From an uncultured Enterobacterales bacterium (GTDB lineage Bacteria; Myxococcota_A; UBA796; CAJQPC01): DNA of 64,000 bases. Both the position numbers and the translations under genes were made by a program. The notes under the pieces are model-generated. The model did no database searches and was not told the DNA's origin. It saw only the letters and a list, made by a program, of their open reading frames with translations. This document shows, piece after piece, positions 45,078-53,965 of this stretch (within the stretch, counting starts at the first letter, position 1; every line of letters starts with the position of its first letter). The stretch is taken from NCBI GenBank assembly GCA_964610645.1, contig CAZSZE010000015.1, positions 707 through 64,706 of the forward strand, read 5' to 3'.

Positions 45078-46498
45078 GCCACGTAGACCGCGCCCTCAAA
45101 GTCGTTGATGCCTCCGCCGACCCCGATGGCGCCCACCACCAGGTCGTCTCCGCCGTCTCCATTCATGTCGGGACCGATCACCAGGGAGATACCCGCCAGG
45201 TCTCCGTGGGACTCCCCCTCCAGCACCGCATCGGCCTGCTCCAACTGAAACGGCACCTGACCGTTCAACAGGGGGGCGTAGTAGACATAGACCGCACCGG
45301 AGAGCAGGCCAGAGGTGCTGTGCTCCTTGGCACCGACCGCGACATCCATCCAGCCGTCTCCATCCAGATCGCCGCTGCCCAGGGAGGTGCCGGCCATGCC
45401 GGGAAGGGCCTCTCCCTGGAGAATCAAATCCGCGTCTGCCCCCTTGTGCACCCCGTGCACGGGTCCCCGAAACACCACCACGGACCCATTCTTGTCCGGG
45501 AGCGTGCCTGAGAACTCGTTGCCCGAAAAGAGACTCACCCCGGGAACGCCCACACCGAAGTCCGCGTACCCGTCCTGGTCAAGATCACCCAGGGCGCTGG
45601 TGGACGAACCCAGGAAATCGTAGTTGTCGCTTCCGGTGACTGTGGCCACCGCCAGGTCGCCTCCATTCTGGACGCTTGCCAGGTCGGCATCGCCCGGCAG
45701 CACGTACACCCGTCCCGCCCGCAGAGTCCCAATGTCAGTGTCACTGGCCCGGGGCGCGGAAACCAGGACCTCAACAAGCCCGTCTCCGTCGAGATCCCCG
45801 GTGGGCTCGACCACCGCGCCAAAGCCCTCGTAGGAATACGGCCCATAGACGGAGGCGATGGGCAGGGCCCCGTAGTAATTGGCTCCGGACCCGACAAAGT
45901 CCGCGCCGGAATACAAGCGCGCAGCACCACAGTAGGCCCAGGAACCCGCCCCCGTACATTCTGTTTCAGACCCGCTGGCCTCCAGTTGACTGTTCGAACT
46001 GCTCCAGTCCGGATCCCCTGCCAGCACGTCGCCAACGCCGTCCCCATCCAGGTCACCGGGTTCCGAGAGGTACCAGCCAACCTAGGAAGGAATCCAGGCC
46101 GCATACCCATCGCCATCTGTCGAGTTGAACACGCCTTCTGGCGCGCCGGTGTACGCAACAATGTTCGAACCAACAAAGGAAACAGACGCCGTCGGAGCCC
46201 CCACCAGGATGTCGTCGAGACCATCCCCGTCCAGGTCGCCGGGAGCTGCCACGGTCAGGCCCCAGTTCATCATGGACGTGCCCAGCAAGGCCGCCGTGCG
46301 TAGGGTGCCGTCGCCAATTTCATGTGCGCCTTCAAAGGGGCCGTAGGCGAGAAATGCAGCGGATGTCTCCGCAAGATTGTCCGGATCGTCCGCATCCTCA
46401 ACGGGGTTGAGGGCACCGATCAGCAGGTCCAGGGGCTCAGATTCGAGGGGAGAGTCCCCGCAGGCAGAGAGAAGAAGCAGTGAAAGCAGGAGGGTCAT
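45059..46498 (-). pseudogene. FG-GAP repeat lipoprotein gene interrupted by one in-frame TAG (46082-46084)
   Basis: ORFs 46082-46498 (MTLLLSLLLLSAC lipobox, FG-GAP) and 45059-46027 are in the same frame. Translation across the gap reads ...DGDGYAAWIPS*VGWYLSEPGDLDGDGVGDVLAGDPDW. Confidence 0.7.
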
Positions 46499-46953
46499 GG
46501 GTTGAGAAATCCAAAGTGGACTCGGGCTTCTGTGGTGCTGCCCGCCTCCACGAGAAAGGTGTTCTGCCCCGGCAGGGTGACCGGGTCTCTTCTATCCGGG
46601 TCCGAATCCTCGGGATCCCGGTTGTCGTCCGAATCCAGGAAGCCCAGGACCACCACCGCCTGGGCCGGAAGGTCCTCGCTCGTGAAGAGCACCCCCGTGC
46701 TTCCCTCGGTCAGGTTCACCTCTTCCACGAGGATTGCCCCCACCGGAACCGAGCCCTCTCTTGGCCCCAGGGTGGTCACGTCTGTCGCCAGGTAGAAGGA
46801 ACCGGTAAACACGCCGACAGGTTCCTCGTCCATCCGGTCCTGCTGATCTGGATCGATCTCAAACGACAGTCCGAGTTTGCCCACGCCAGCTCCCCCGGTG
46901 TCCTCGGGTGCCACTGGACAGCCCAAGAGCAGAAGCAAGGCGGAAAGCAGCAT
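46495..46953 (-). CDS. hypothetical small lipoprotein
   Basis: MLLSALLLLLGC lipobox from ATG 46953. ATGA overlap with the downstream FG-GAP gene. No recognised family. Confidence 0.65.
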   Translation of the reverse strand: MLLSALLLLLGCPVAPEDTGGAGVGKLGLSFEIDPDQQDRMDEEPVGVFTGSFYLATDVTTLGPREGSVPVGAILVEEVNLTEGSTGVLFTSEDLPAQAVVVLGFLDSDDNRDPEDSDPDRRDPVTLPGQNTFLVEAGSTTEARVHFGFLNP

Positions 46954-47009
46954 TATCGGATCTCCAGGTGCCGCCGGTTTCGTAGCATGGGCCCGCATAC
47001 CAGGACCGT

Positions 47010-48578
47010 TCAAGCCCTGTGAACTTGTCCGCCGCGGGCACCGGTGGCCCGGCCGTCTTCCACGACCACCACGCCACCGACCACCACGTGCTGAATCCCC
47101 TTGGGGCTGTGCTTCGGGTCGTCGTAGGTGCCCACGTCGATGACTTCCTGGGGATCAAAAGCCACGAGGTTGGCCCGCATGCCCGGTGCGATGCGTCCCA
47201 GGCCCTCCAGGCGAAAGGTCTCCGCAGGAAGGGTGGTCATCTTGCGAATGGCATCGGGCCACTCGACCAGGCCCAGGTCCCGGACCAACCACCCGAGCAC
47301 CCTGCCAAAGGCGTTGAAGGTGCGGGGATGGGGCCAAGCGCCCACGAGTCCATCGCTGCAGACCCCCACCCACGGCTCCCGGTAGATCTCCTGCACCACC
47401 GCCTCCGACTGGGAGAAAGCCACCATGGACACGCCCATTTCCTCCGCGACGAGCAGATCCATCGCGAACTCCAACGGGTCCTTGCCAGCAGCCGCCTGGG
47501 CAAGGTTCATGCCGGCATAGCGGAGGTTGGGGCTGTGGGTGCTGCCAAATCCAGCAATGCGAATGTCCTCGGGCCCGCCCCAACTCCAGAAGTTGTCCCA
47601 GGGCTGCCGCTCCTGGGAGAGGATCTCCGTGCGCATGCGGGCACGGGTCTCTGCGTGGCCCAGGCGGTCCAATACGGTGCCCCCGGCGTGGGCCCAGGGC
47701 GGGAGGATGGCCCCCATCATGGTGGAGCCAGCGGTGTAGGGGTACTGGTCGGCGGTCACCAGGACCCCGTCTGCCCGGGCCCCGCGCACCTGGTCCAGCA
47801 TGGACTGGGATTTCGTCCAGTTCCGGGCGCCCGCAAGCTTCATGTGGGAGATGCAAAGACGGCAGCCCGACTCCCGCGCCACCCGCAGCACCTCCTCCAC
47901 GCTCTCCAGGGCATAGTCCCCCTCGGACCGGATGTGCACCACAAAGACCCCGTCGCGCTTTGCCACCACCCGGCAGAGGGCGATGAGCTCCGCGGTGTCC
48001 GCATAGCAACAGGGGGGGTAGATCAGCCCGGTGGAAAACCCCACGGCGCCGTCGGCGAGCCCTTGGTCGAGGACCGCGCACATGGCATCCAGTTCCATTT
48101 CCGTGGGGCGGCGATCCGCCATGCCCAGGACCGCCCGCCGCACCTGTCCATGGGGCACCAGGTAGGCACAGTCAATGCCCGGCCCAGCACCCTCCACCCG
48201 ATTCAGGTAGTCCCCCACACTTCTCCAATCCCACTCCAGGCCCTCCGGGTCCCCGTCCAGGCCGGCCAGCTGCTTGCGAACCTCTTCGATGTCCTCGGCC
48301 CGCAGGGGGGCCACGGAGATCCCGTCCTGTCCCAACACGTCGCAGCAGACTCCCTGCAGGCTCTTGAAGTCCAGGGTGGGGTCATCGAAGACCGCCAGGT
48401 CCGAGTGGGTGTGGGTGTCGATGAACCCGGGTGCGACCACGAGCCCGCTGCAATCCAGCACGTGGCTGTCGGATCCGGCCTCGGGGGTCTGAAGCTTCCC
48501 CTGGGTGTGCACATCCACGCGCTGTGCTGCACTTCCGGTGCCATCCAGCACTTGTCCGCCCTTCAAGGAGAGATTCAT
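47010..48578 (-). CDS. N-acyl-D-amino-acid deacylase (D-aminoacylase) family amidohydrolase
   Basis: MNLSLKGGQVLDGTG..., APGFIDTHTHSD (HxH), CISHMKLAGARNW, ADQYPYTAGST. ATG 48578 overlaps the upstream stop (ATGA). ORF-track extension rejected. Confidence 0.85.
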   Translation of the reverse strand: MNLSLKGGQVLDGTGSAAQRVDVHTQGKLQTPEAGSDSHVLDCSGLVVAPGFIDTHTHSDLAVFDDPTLDFKSLQGVCCDVLGQDGISVAPLRAEDIEEVRKQLAGLDGDPEGLEWDWRSVGDYLNRVEGAGPGIDCAYLVPHGQVRRAVLGMADRRPTEMELDAMCAVLDQGLADGAVGFSTGLIYPPCCYADTAELIALCRVVAKRDGVFVVHIRSEGDYALESVEEVLRVARESGCRLCISHMKLAGARNWTKSQSMLDQVRGARADGVLVTADQYPYTAGSTMMGAILPPWAHAGGTVLDRLGHAETRARMRTEILSQERQPWDNFWSWGGPEDIRIAGFGSTHSPNLRYAGMNLAQAAAGKDPLEFAMDLLVAEEMGVSMVAFSQSEAVVQEIYREPWVGVCSDGLVGAWPHPRTFNAFGRVLGWLVRDLGLVEWPDAIRKMTTLPAETFRLEGLGRIAPGMRANLVAFDPQEVIDVGTYDDPKHSPKGIQHVVVGGVVVVEDGRATGARGGQVHRA

Positions 48579-49867
48579 GGGCGACTTCTCTCGGCAAAGC
48601 GATTCCAGAGCCGCTGGGCCTGGTGTGCCACTCCACGACGGGCAGAGTCCGTGAGGCCCACCACCTCCCCCCGGTCCAGGACAAGCTGTCCAGCAATCCA
48701 CACGTCCCGGACGTCGGCGGGTCCCAGGCCGAACAGGAGGTGTCCAAACAAGCTGCTGGATTCCACCGGCCCCCGCACCGGTGCCCGCACCCGCACAAGG
48801 TCGGCAGCGTGCCCCGGCTGCAGTCGGCCCAGGGGCACCCCGAGCAGATCGGAGGCCAACCGGTGTCCCCCCACCATGGCGGAGAGGGGATCCACCTGGC
48901 CGTTGTGCTCCCTCGCCGCGAGAAAGGCATCCCGCATGGCCCCCCACATGTCCGAGCCAATGCCGTCCGTGCCCAGGGCCAGTGCATCTCCGAAACGCTC
49001 CGGGGCTGCATGCCCCACGCGGTTGTTTCGGTTTGAGCTGGGGTTGTGGACCAGAAAGCAGCCTGCATCGCGGACCCGGCCCACCTCGTCGTCTCCCAGG
49101 TGGACCCCGTGGGCGAGCACGCTCCCAGGTCGCAGAAGTCCGAACGACTCCAAGCGATCGATGACGCCGGCGTGGCCGCGCGTCTGGGCATCCTGGACAT
49201 CCACCCGCCCCTCCGCCACGTGGATGTGGATCGGTCCCTCGGTGGAGGCCACCGCTACAAGGGTCTCGTCGTCAATCGTGAAGCTGGCGTGCAAGGCGGT
49301 CAGGACAGCCCGGGTCTCAGAGGCGTGGACTGCACGGGCCCGGAGGTTCTCCGCCAGGGAACGGGCCCCCTCGCCGTTGCCGTTGCGATCGGTGATCTCG
49401 TAGCCGCTGACCAGCCGGATTCGGGCAGGCTCCGCTCCTTCAAACAAGGCATCCAGGCTGCCATCGATCGCGTCGGGAGAGGCGTGGTGGTCCACAAGCG
49501 TGGTGGTGCCACAGCGAATCGCCTCCACCGCGCCCGCCAGGGCACTGGCTGCGATGGTCTCCTCATCGTGGCACCGATCCACCACCCACCAGAGCTGCCG
49601 GAGCGCCTGCTCGAAATCCTCTACCGGCGGCACCGCCATGCCCGGAACAAGGGCCGAGTACAGGTGGGTGTGGGCATTGACCAGCCCCGGCATGAGCAGG
49701 TCTCCCTCCAGGTCCACCGCCCGCTCGCCAGGGGCAGGACCCGGCGAAACCGCCAAATCCAACCGCTCCACAATCCGACCGTCTTCCACCCGCAGGTGGC
49801 CCGCGGTCACACCCGGCGGGTCAAACTCCACCAGCTGCGCATTGGACAGGAGCCACCGGTCGCTCAC
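48575..49867 (-). CDS. amidohydrolase, chlorohydrolase/deaminase (SsnA/ATZ-TRZ-like) family
   Basis: LLMPGLVNAHTHLYSAL (HxH), IHIHVAEG, HGVHL, LGTDG. The GTG start overlaps the ftsB-like stop (GTGA). Confidence 0.8.
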   Translation of the reverse strand: MSDRWLLSNAQLVEFDPPGVTAGHLRVEDGRIVERLDLAVSPGPAPGERAVDLEGDLLMPGLVNAHTHLYSALVPGMAVPPVEDFEQALRQLWWVVDRCHDEETIAASALAGAVEAIRCGTTTLVDHHASPDAIDGSLDALFEGAEPARIRLVSGYEITDRNGNGEGARSLAENLRARAVHASETRAVLTALHASFTIDDETLVAVASTEGPIHIHVAEGRVDVQDAQTRGHAGVIDRLESFGLLRPGSVLAHGVHLGDDEVGRVRDAGCFLVHNPSSNRNNRVGHAAPERFGDALALGTDGIGSDMWGAMRDAFLAAREHNGQVDPLSAMVGGHRLASDLLGVPLGRLQPGHAADLVRVRAPVRGPVESSSLFGHLLFGLGPADVRDVWIAGQLVLDRGEVVGLTDSARRGVAHQAQRLWNRFAERSRP

Positions 49868-50163
49868 CGGGTGGCAGACTCGAAGCGGTAGATCGTGCTC
49901 TCCGGGGGCGCCATCAGCAGCTCCTTGGCCGCCACGCGACGGGTGCCCAAAGGCTCGGTCTCCAGGAGCCGAAGCTCTCGACGCAGCTCCGTGTTGCGGC
50001 GCTTCAACTCCCGTACACGCCGCTCGATTTCCACTCGTTCCTGCCGCAGGTCATGGCGCCGGACAAGCCCGTGATCTCCGAAGATCGCCATCACCACCAC
50101 GCCGCCCATCAGCAGGAGCGGAAGGGCGGTAAAGGCAAAGCGTCTGAGGGAGAGTGGGGACAC
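49864..50163 (-). CDS. septum formation initiator family protein (FtsB/DivIC-like)
   Basis: 99 aa with a single TM (FAFTALPLLLMGGVVVMAIF), then a coiled coil RRVRELKRRNTELRRELRLLE and AAKELLMAPPESTIYRF. Confidence 0.75.
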   Translation of the reverse strand: MSPLSLRRFAFTALPLLLMGGVVVMAIFGDHGLVRRHDLRQERVEIERRVRELKRRNTELRRELRLLETEPLGTRRVAAKELLMAPPESTIYRFESATR

Positions 50164-50214
50164 GGCCAGGAGGGCGAGGGGGGAAGTCCAGTATAATCGA
50201 ATTGCTCTGTCAAG

Positions 50215-50649
50215 TCAGGGGGTTGCGTCGGAATTCCCCGATCCTTTCTCCGCGGAGGGATCCGTTGCAATTGCCAGTCGATTCAACCCGGCCGACCGGG
50301 CGAGATCCATGAGGGTCACCACCTTGCCGTGGCCCACTTCCATGTCCGCCTTGATGACCACAAGGGTGGAGGGATCGGACCGGGCCTTGTCTCCCAGAAT
50401 CTGGATTAGTCCTTCGAAATCAACAGGTTCCCGGTCCACGAAGATTCCGCCATCATCGGTCATCCAGATCTGAAGGTCGTCCTGCTCCCGCACCATCATG
50501 TCCGAGCTGGCGCGGGGAAGGTCCACCTTGAAGCCCGGGGCGGAGATGAAGGTCGTGGACACCATGAAAAACAGGACCAGCTGAAAAATGATGTCAATCA
50601 GCGGCGTCAGGTCCACCCGGGGGGGCTCGCGGCGCGTTCGACGGAACAC
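50215..50649 (-). CDS. ExbD/TolR-family biopolymer transport protein
   Basis: VDLTPLIDIIFQLVLFFMV is the signature TM segment. 144 aa. Confidence 0.9.
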   Translation of the reverse strand: MFRRTRREPPRVDLTPLIDIIFQLVLFFMVSTTFISAPGFKVDLPRASSDMMVREQDDLQIWMTDDGGIFVDREPVDFEGLIQILGDKARSDPSTLVVIKADMEVGHGKVVTLMDLARSAGLNRLAIATDPSAEKGSGNSDATP

Positions 50650-51258
50650 CTATCGCTCCTCCGCCCGCACCAACTCCAATACCTCCAGGGCCACCTCTTC
50701 CAGGCCCAGGACCAGCTCATCCACCCGGGCCAGCAGGAACCGGTGGCCGATGAGCGCTGGGATGCCGACGCTCAAGCCCGCAAAGGTGGTGATCAAGGCT
50801 TGGGAGATGCCCCCGGCCAGGCTCGAGACCACCCCGAGGCCCTGGTCCTGGATGACCTCAAAGGTCAGGATCATGCCCAGCACGGTGCCCAGCAGTCCCA
50901 GCAAGGGGGCAATGGCTGCCACGATTCCCACCACGCCGGAGTAGCGCTCCAATTCTGCAGCCTCCCGCAGGCCAACCTCTTCCATGAGCGTCTTCAATCG
51001 CTCCCGGCTTCCCCCCTGGTTCAGGAAGCCGATCTCCAGGACGCGGCTCATGGGGGAGTCGCTCTTGCGGCACAGGGTGACAGCGTCGGACCACCGCCCC
51101 TGGCGGGAGACCTCCAACAGCTCGATCCGGGCCGCCCGTGGAAGAACGCGGGAAGAGCGCAGGTACCAGAGCCGCTCGATGAAGACCGCCAGGGCGATGA
51201 TCGAAGCCAGCCCGATGGGAATCATTACCGGGCCGCCGCGCAGTAGAAACTCGAACAC
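50650..51258 (-). CDS. MotA/TolQ/ExbB-family proton channel protein
   Basis: GIVAAIAPLLGLLGTVLGMILTF and ALITTFAGLSVGIPALI are conserved C-terminal TM motifs. GTG start. Confidence 0.9.
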   Translation of the reverse strand: MFEFLLRGGPVMIPIGLASIIALAVFIERLWYLRSSRVLPRAARIELLEVSRQGRWSDAVTLCRKSDSPMSRVLEIGFLNQGGSRERLKTLMEEVGLREAAELERYSGVVGIVAAIAPLLGLLGTVLGMILTFEVIQDQGLGVVSSLAGGISQALITTFAGLSVGIPALIGHRFLLARVDELVLGLEEVALEVLELVRAEER

Positions 51259-51332
51259 GCTGTCTCCCTTGGAGTGGCACAGGCAGCAACAACGCGTATC
51301 CTGTCCCTGCCCATCCGTCCCTGGAGTCGTTC

Positions 51333-52373
51333 TTGCCCCTCCCGTTGCCCGCCCTATTCCTGCTTCAGGGTTGCTACGTGATCTCCTCCGGTTGGTACCA
51401 GGCGGAGCTGCTCCTCTCCCGGGAGCCCGTGGAGAATGTGCGGGCCAGCGGCACCCTGGACCAAGAAGCCCTCGCTCGGTTGGACCTCATCGCCAAGGCC
51501 AAGGCCTGGGGCGGCGGCATCGGTCTGGCAGCCACCGACAACTACGAAACGGTGGCCATGGGGTGGGAGCGCACCATCTGGAACCTCACCGCCAGCGACC
51601 CCCTCTCCTTCACTCCGCGGACCTGGTGGTTTCCCATTGTGGGCCGGGTGCCGTACCTGGGTTTCTTCCGCGAGGAGGACGCCCAGCAGCGAGCCGGCGG
51701 ACTTGCAAGGCGCGGAGATGACATCTACCTGCGCACGGCCGGTGCCTACTCCACCCTGGGGTGGTTTCGGGATCCCATCCTGCCCGGCATGTTGGAGTGG
51801 TCCGAGGCCCGGCTCGTGGAGACCGTGCTCCACGAAATGGTCCACGCCACGGTCTGGGTGCCCGGCTCCGTGGAGTTCAACGAGTCCCTGGCCAACTTCG
51901 TGGGAGAGATCGCCACCCTGCGCTACCTCGTGGAAACACACGGCCCCCACAGTCCGGTGGTTCTCGAGACCCTCCACAACCGGGAGGACTGGCAGAGCTG
52001 GCGCGACCTGCAGCACAACCTGGTCGACGACCTCCTGGCGATCTATGGCAACCCCACCCTGGCTCCGGAAGAGAAGGCCGCCGCAAAGACCCGTATTTTC
52101 GGGAAGTTCCCGGGTGGGGTAGAACAAGCGCCTTTTCACCGTCCGGATCCCTACCTGGAGGCGGCACGCACAGGTGTCTGGAACAACGCCCGGCTGCTGC
52201 AATTCACCTTCTACAACAGCGACGCCGACCTCTTCACGGCTCTGCTGGAGCAGGTGGAGGGGGACTTGCTCACCTTCCTGAACCGCGTCAGCGAGATCAC
52301 GGATCAAGCGGATCGCCGCACGCCCCCGGCCGAAGCCTTGGCGGAGTTTGTATCAGAATCTGATACGCCGTAA
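51333..52373 (+). CDS. predicted zinc aminopeptidase lipoprotein (DUF2265/PF10023-like)
   Basis: LFLLQGCYVISSGWYQAELLLSREPV is a family-typical start. HEMVH (HExxH). TTG start at 51333 is uncertain. Confidence 0.6.
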   Translation: MPLPLPALFLLQGCYVISSGWYQAELLLSREPVENVRASGTLDQEALARLDLIAKAKAWGGGIGLAATDNYETVAMGWERTIWNLTASDPLSFTPRTWWFPIVGRVPYLGFFREEDAQQRAGGLARRGDDIYLRTAGAYSTLGWFRDPILPGMLEWSEARLVETVLHEMVHATVWVPGSVEFNESLANFVGEIATLRYLVETHGPHSPVVLETLHNREDWQSWRDLQHNLVDDLLAIYGNPTLAPEEKAAAKTRIFGKFPGGVEQAPFHRPDPYLEAARTGVWNNARLLQFTFYNSDADLFTALLEQVEGDLLTFLNRVSEITDQADRRTPPAEALAEFVSESDTP

Positions 52374-52438
52374 AGGTTTCGGTGCGGACAGCGGCCGACA
52401 ACACACGGGCAAACCCCTGCTTTCACCGGGATTCTTCC

Positions 52439-52455
52439 CTGGCATGTCTCTTGCT
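52439..52455 (+). promoter_or_regulatory. sigma-54 (-24/-12) promoter candidate upstream of a sigma-70-family gene
   Basis: CTGGCATGTCTCTTGCT has TGGCAT-N5-TTGC spacing and two mismatches to YTGGCACGrNNNTTGCW. GGAG at 52481-52484 and ATG at 52491. Confidence 0.45.
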
Positions 52456-52490
52456 TTCTCTTTCCGCGCAGGGAAAAAAAGGAGACGCAC

Positions 52491-53360
52491 ATGGCCCGAG
52501 CCAAGAGAGCCACGAAGACGCCCGGTGATGAACTGCTCAACAGCTATTTGAAGTCCATGGGGCAGATTCCGCTGCTCTGTCGGTCCGATGAAGCAGAGGT
52601 GGCCCGCCATGTCGCGGAAGGTGGGGCAGCCGGCGAGTTGGCCAAGATCGCCCTCATCAACGCAAATCTGCGCTTGGTTGTGTCCATTGGCAAGCAGTAC
52701 TCCTACCGGGGACTCCCCCTGGCCGACCTGATCCAGGAGGGGAACATCGGGCTCATGAAGGCGGTCGAGAAGTTCGACTGGACCCGGGGCTTCAAGTTCT
52801 CGACCTATGCGTCCTGGTGGATTCGCCAGTCCATCATCCGAGCGATTGAGTCCCAGATCCGCACCATTCGCATTCCGATCTACAAGCTGGAAGTGGTGAA
52901 CCAGGTCCACCAGACCCGCAAGGGCCTCTTCCAGAAGATGGGCCGCGAGCCCACCCTGTCGGAGATCGCAGCCTGCCTGGACCTGGAGTTGGGGCCCCTG
53001 GAGGCCCTGATGAAGCTCACCCGGGAGCCCACCAGCCTGGACTCCCCCGTGACCGACGAATCCGATTCCACCCTGGCCGAGTTCATTCCCAATGAAGATG
53101 CGGACCTCCCCGATGCCGGCGTCGAGGGTGCTTCCCTGAAGGAAGCCGTCGAGACCGTGCTCTGCAGCCTGTCCCCCCGGGAGGAGCAGGTTCTGCGCAT
53201 GCGCTACGGCATCGGCCAGCCCGTGCCGCGGTCCCTCGAGGAGATCGGCTCCTACTTCAGCCTCACCCGCGAGCGCATCCGCCAGATCGAGATCAAGGCC
53301 CTGCGCAAGCTGCGGAGCGCCGAGGAGTGCAGCGGCGGGCTGCAGGCGTTGGTGGCGTAG
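52491..53360 (+). CDS. RNA polymerase sigma-70 family factor (short, group 2/3-like)
   Basis: [36 protein letters not shown] is region 2. [28 protein letters not shown] is region 4.2. 289 aa. Confidence 0.92.
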   Translation: MARAKRATKTPGDELLNSYLKSMGQIPLLCRSDEAEVARHVAEGGAAGELAKIALINANLRLVVSIGKQYSYRGLPLADLIQEGNIGLMKAVEKFDWTRGFKFSTYASWWIRQSIIRAIESQIRTIRIPIYKLEVVNQVHQTRKGLFQKMGREPTLSEIAACLDLELGPLEALMKLTREPTSLDSPVTDESDSTLAEFIPNEDADLPDAGVEGASLKEAVETVLCSLSPREEQVLRMRYGIGQPVPRSLEEIGSYFSLTRERIRQIEIKALRKLRSAEECSGGLQALVA

Positions 53361-53378
53361 CGCTGAGAACTCAGCCGG

Positions 53379-53933
53379 CTACCAGGCGCTCCACCACCCC
53401 TCTTCCCCATCGACGGGGTCGGCGTCCGGTTCCTCGCTCATGAACTCCGCGGCCGGGTCCAGCAGGCCGTTCTTGATCTTGAGCCCGCGGACGATGTTGG
53501 CCGGGGTGAGATCCGAGGTGAACAGGAAGGGGTAGGACACGGTGAGGCCTTCCTTCTTGCTGGGGACCGGGAAGGCGAGGTCCTTCAACACCGCGTGCAC
53601 GCAGGACTCCAGGGTGGGGTTTCGCAGGGTGCTGTGGGTGGTGGCAACCTCCGGCACCGTGCCGTCCGGCGCGATTTTCAGGCGCACCCGCAGCTCGCCA
53701 AACAGGTCCGATTGGGTGGAAAGGGCCTCCGTGTAGCAAGCCAGGGCGGGATCCGCGGTGGTCTGCAGCACCACCAGCACCCGATCCCGCTCCTCGTTTG
53801 GAGCGATCACCGGAGCCCTGGCCGGCGCCTTGGCCTGCACATGGGTCGCGGGCAGCGCCTGGGAGGCCGACGGTCCAGCCTCGGACTCCACGGTCTTGGG
53901 ACAAGCGAGGATCAACAGCAAGAGCAGTTTCAT
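53379..53933 (-). CDS. AgmX/PglI C-terminal-domain (TonB-C-like) lipoprotein
   Basis: MKLLLLLILAC lipobox. CYTEAL...GELRVRLKIAPDGTV...ESCVHAVLKDLAFP...LTVSYPFLF matches my recollection of the AgmX/PglI C-terminal domain. Confidence 0.55.
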   Translation of the reverse strand: MKLLLLLILACPKTVESEAGPSASQALPATHVQAKAPARAPVIAPNEERDRVLVVLQTTADPALACYTEALSTQSDLFGELRVRLKIAPDGTVPEVATTHSTLRNPTLESCVHAVLKDLAFPVPSKKEGLTVSYPFLFTSDLTPANIVRGLKIKNGLLDPAAEFMSEEPDADPVDGEEGWWSAW

Positions 53934-53965
53934 GCAGTGGGGCTATCTGACCGACCGAACCCGGG

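Noticed and set aside
40817-45511. 1564-aa ORF on the plus strand, the longest in the ORF track
   Set aside because: It runs antisense to the clearly real Mop-like gene (40745-43369). It then continues out of frame through the membrane-protein gene (43404-45077). Its translation is Gly/Arg/Pro/His-rich low-complexity sequence with no motifs. This is a typical stop-codon-poor shadow frame of GC-rich DNA.
46082-46084. In-frame TAG as a pyrrolysine codon
   Set aside because: No pylS, pylT or pylBCD genes are in the window. The host looks like a myxobacterium, where Pyl decoding is not known. The context is a loop between FG-GAP repeats with no functional reason for Pyl. A nonsense mutation, sequencing error or low-level read-through is more parsimonious.
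50164-50214. TTGACA ... TATACT upstream of the ftsB-like gene as a promoter
   Set aside because: On the minus strand the hexamers are separated by only 12 nt, which is incompatible with standard sigma-70 spacing. Read-through from the tolQ/tolR-like genes is more likely.
51275-51290. TGGCAC hexamer upstream of the aminopeptidase gene as a third sigma-54 promoter
   Set aside because: The sequence is TGGCACAGGCAGCAAC. There is no TTGC (no GC at the -12 position with correct spacing), so it does not fit the -24/-12 geometry.
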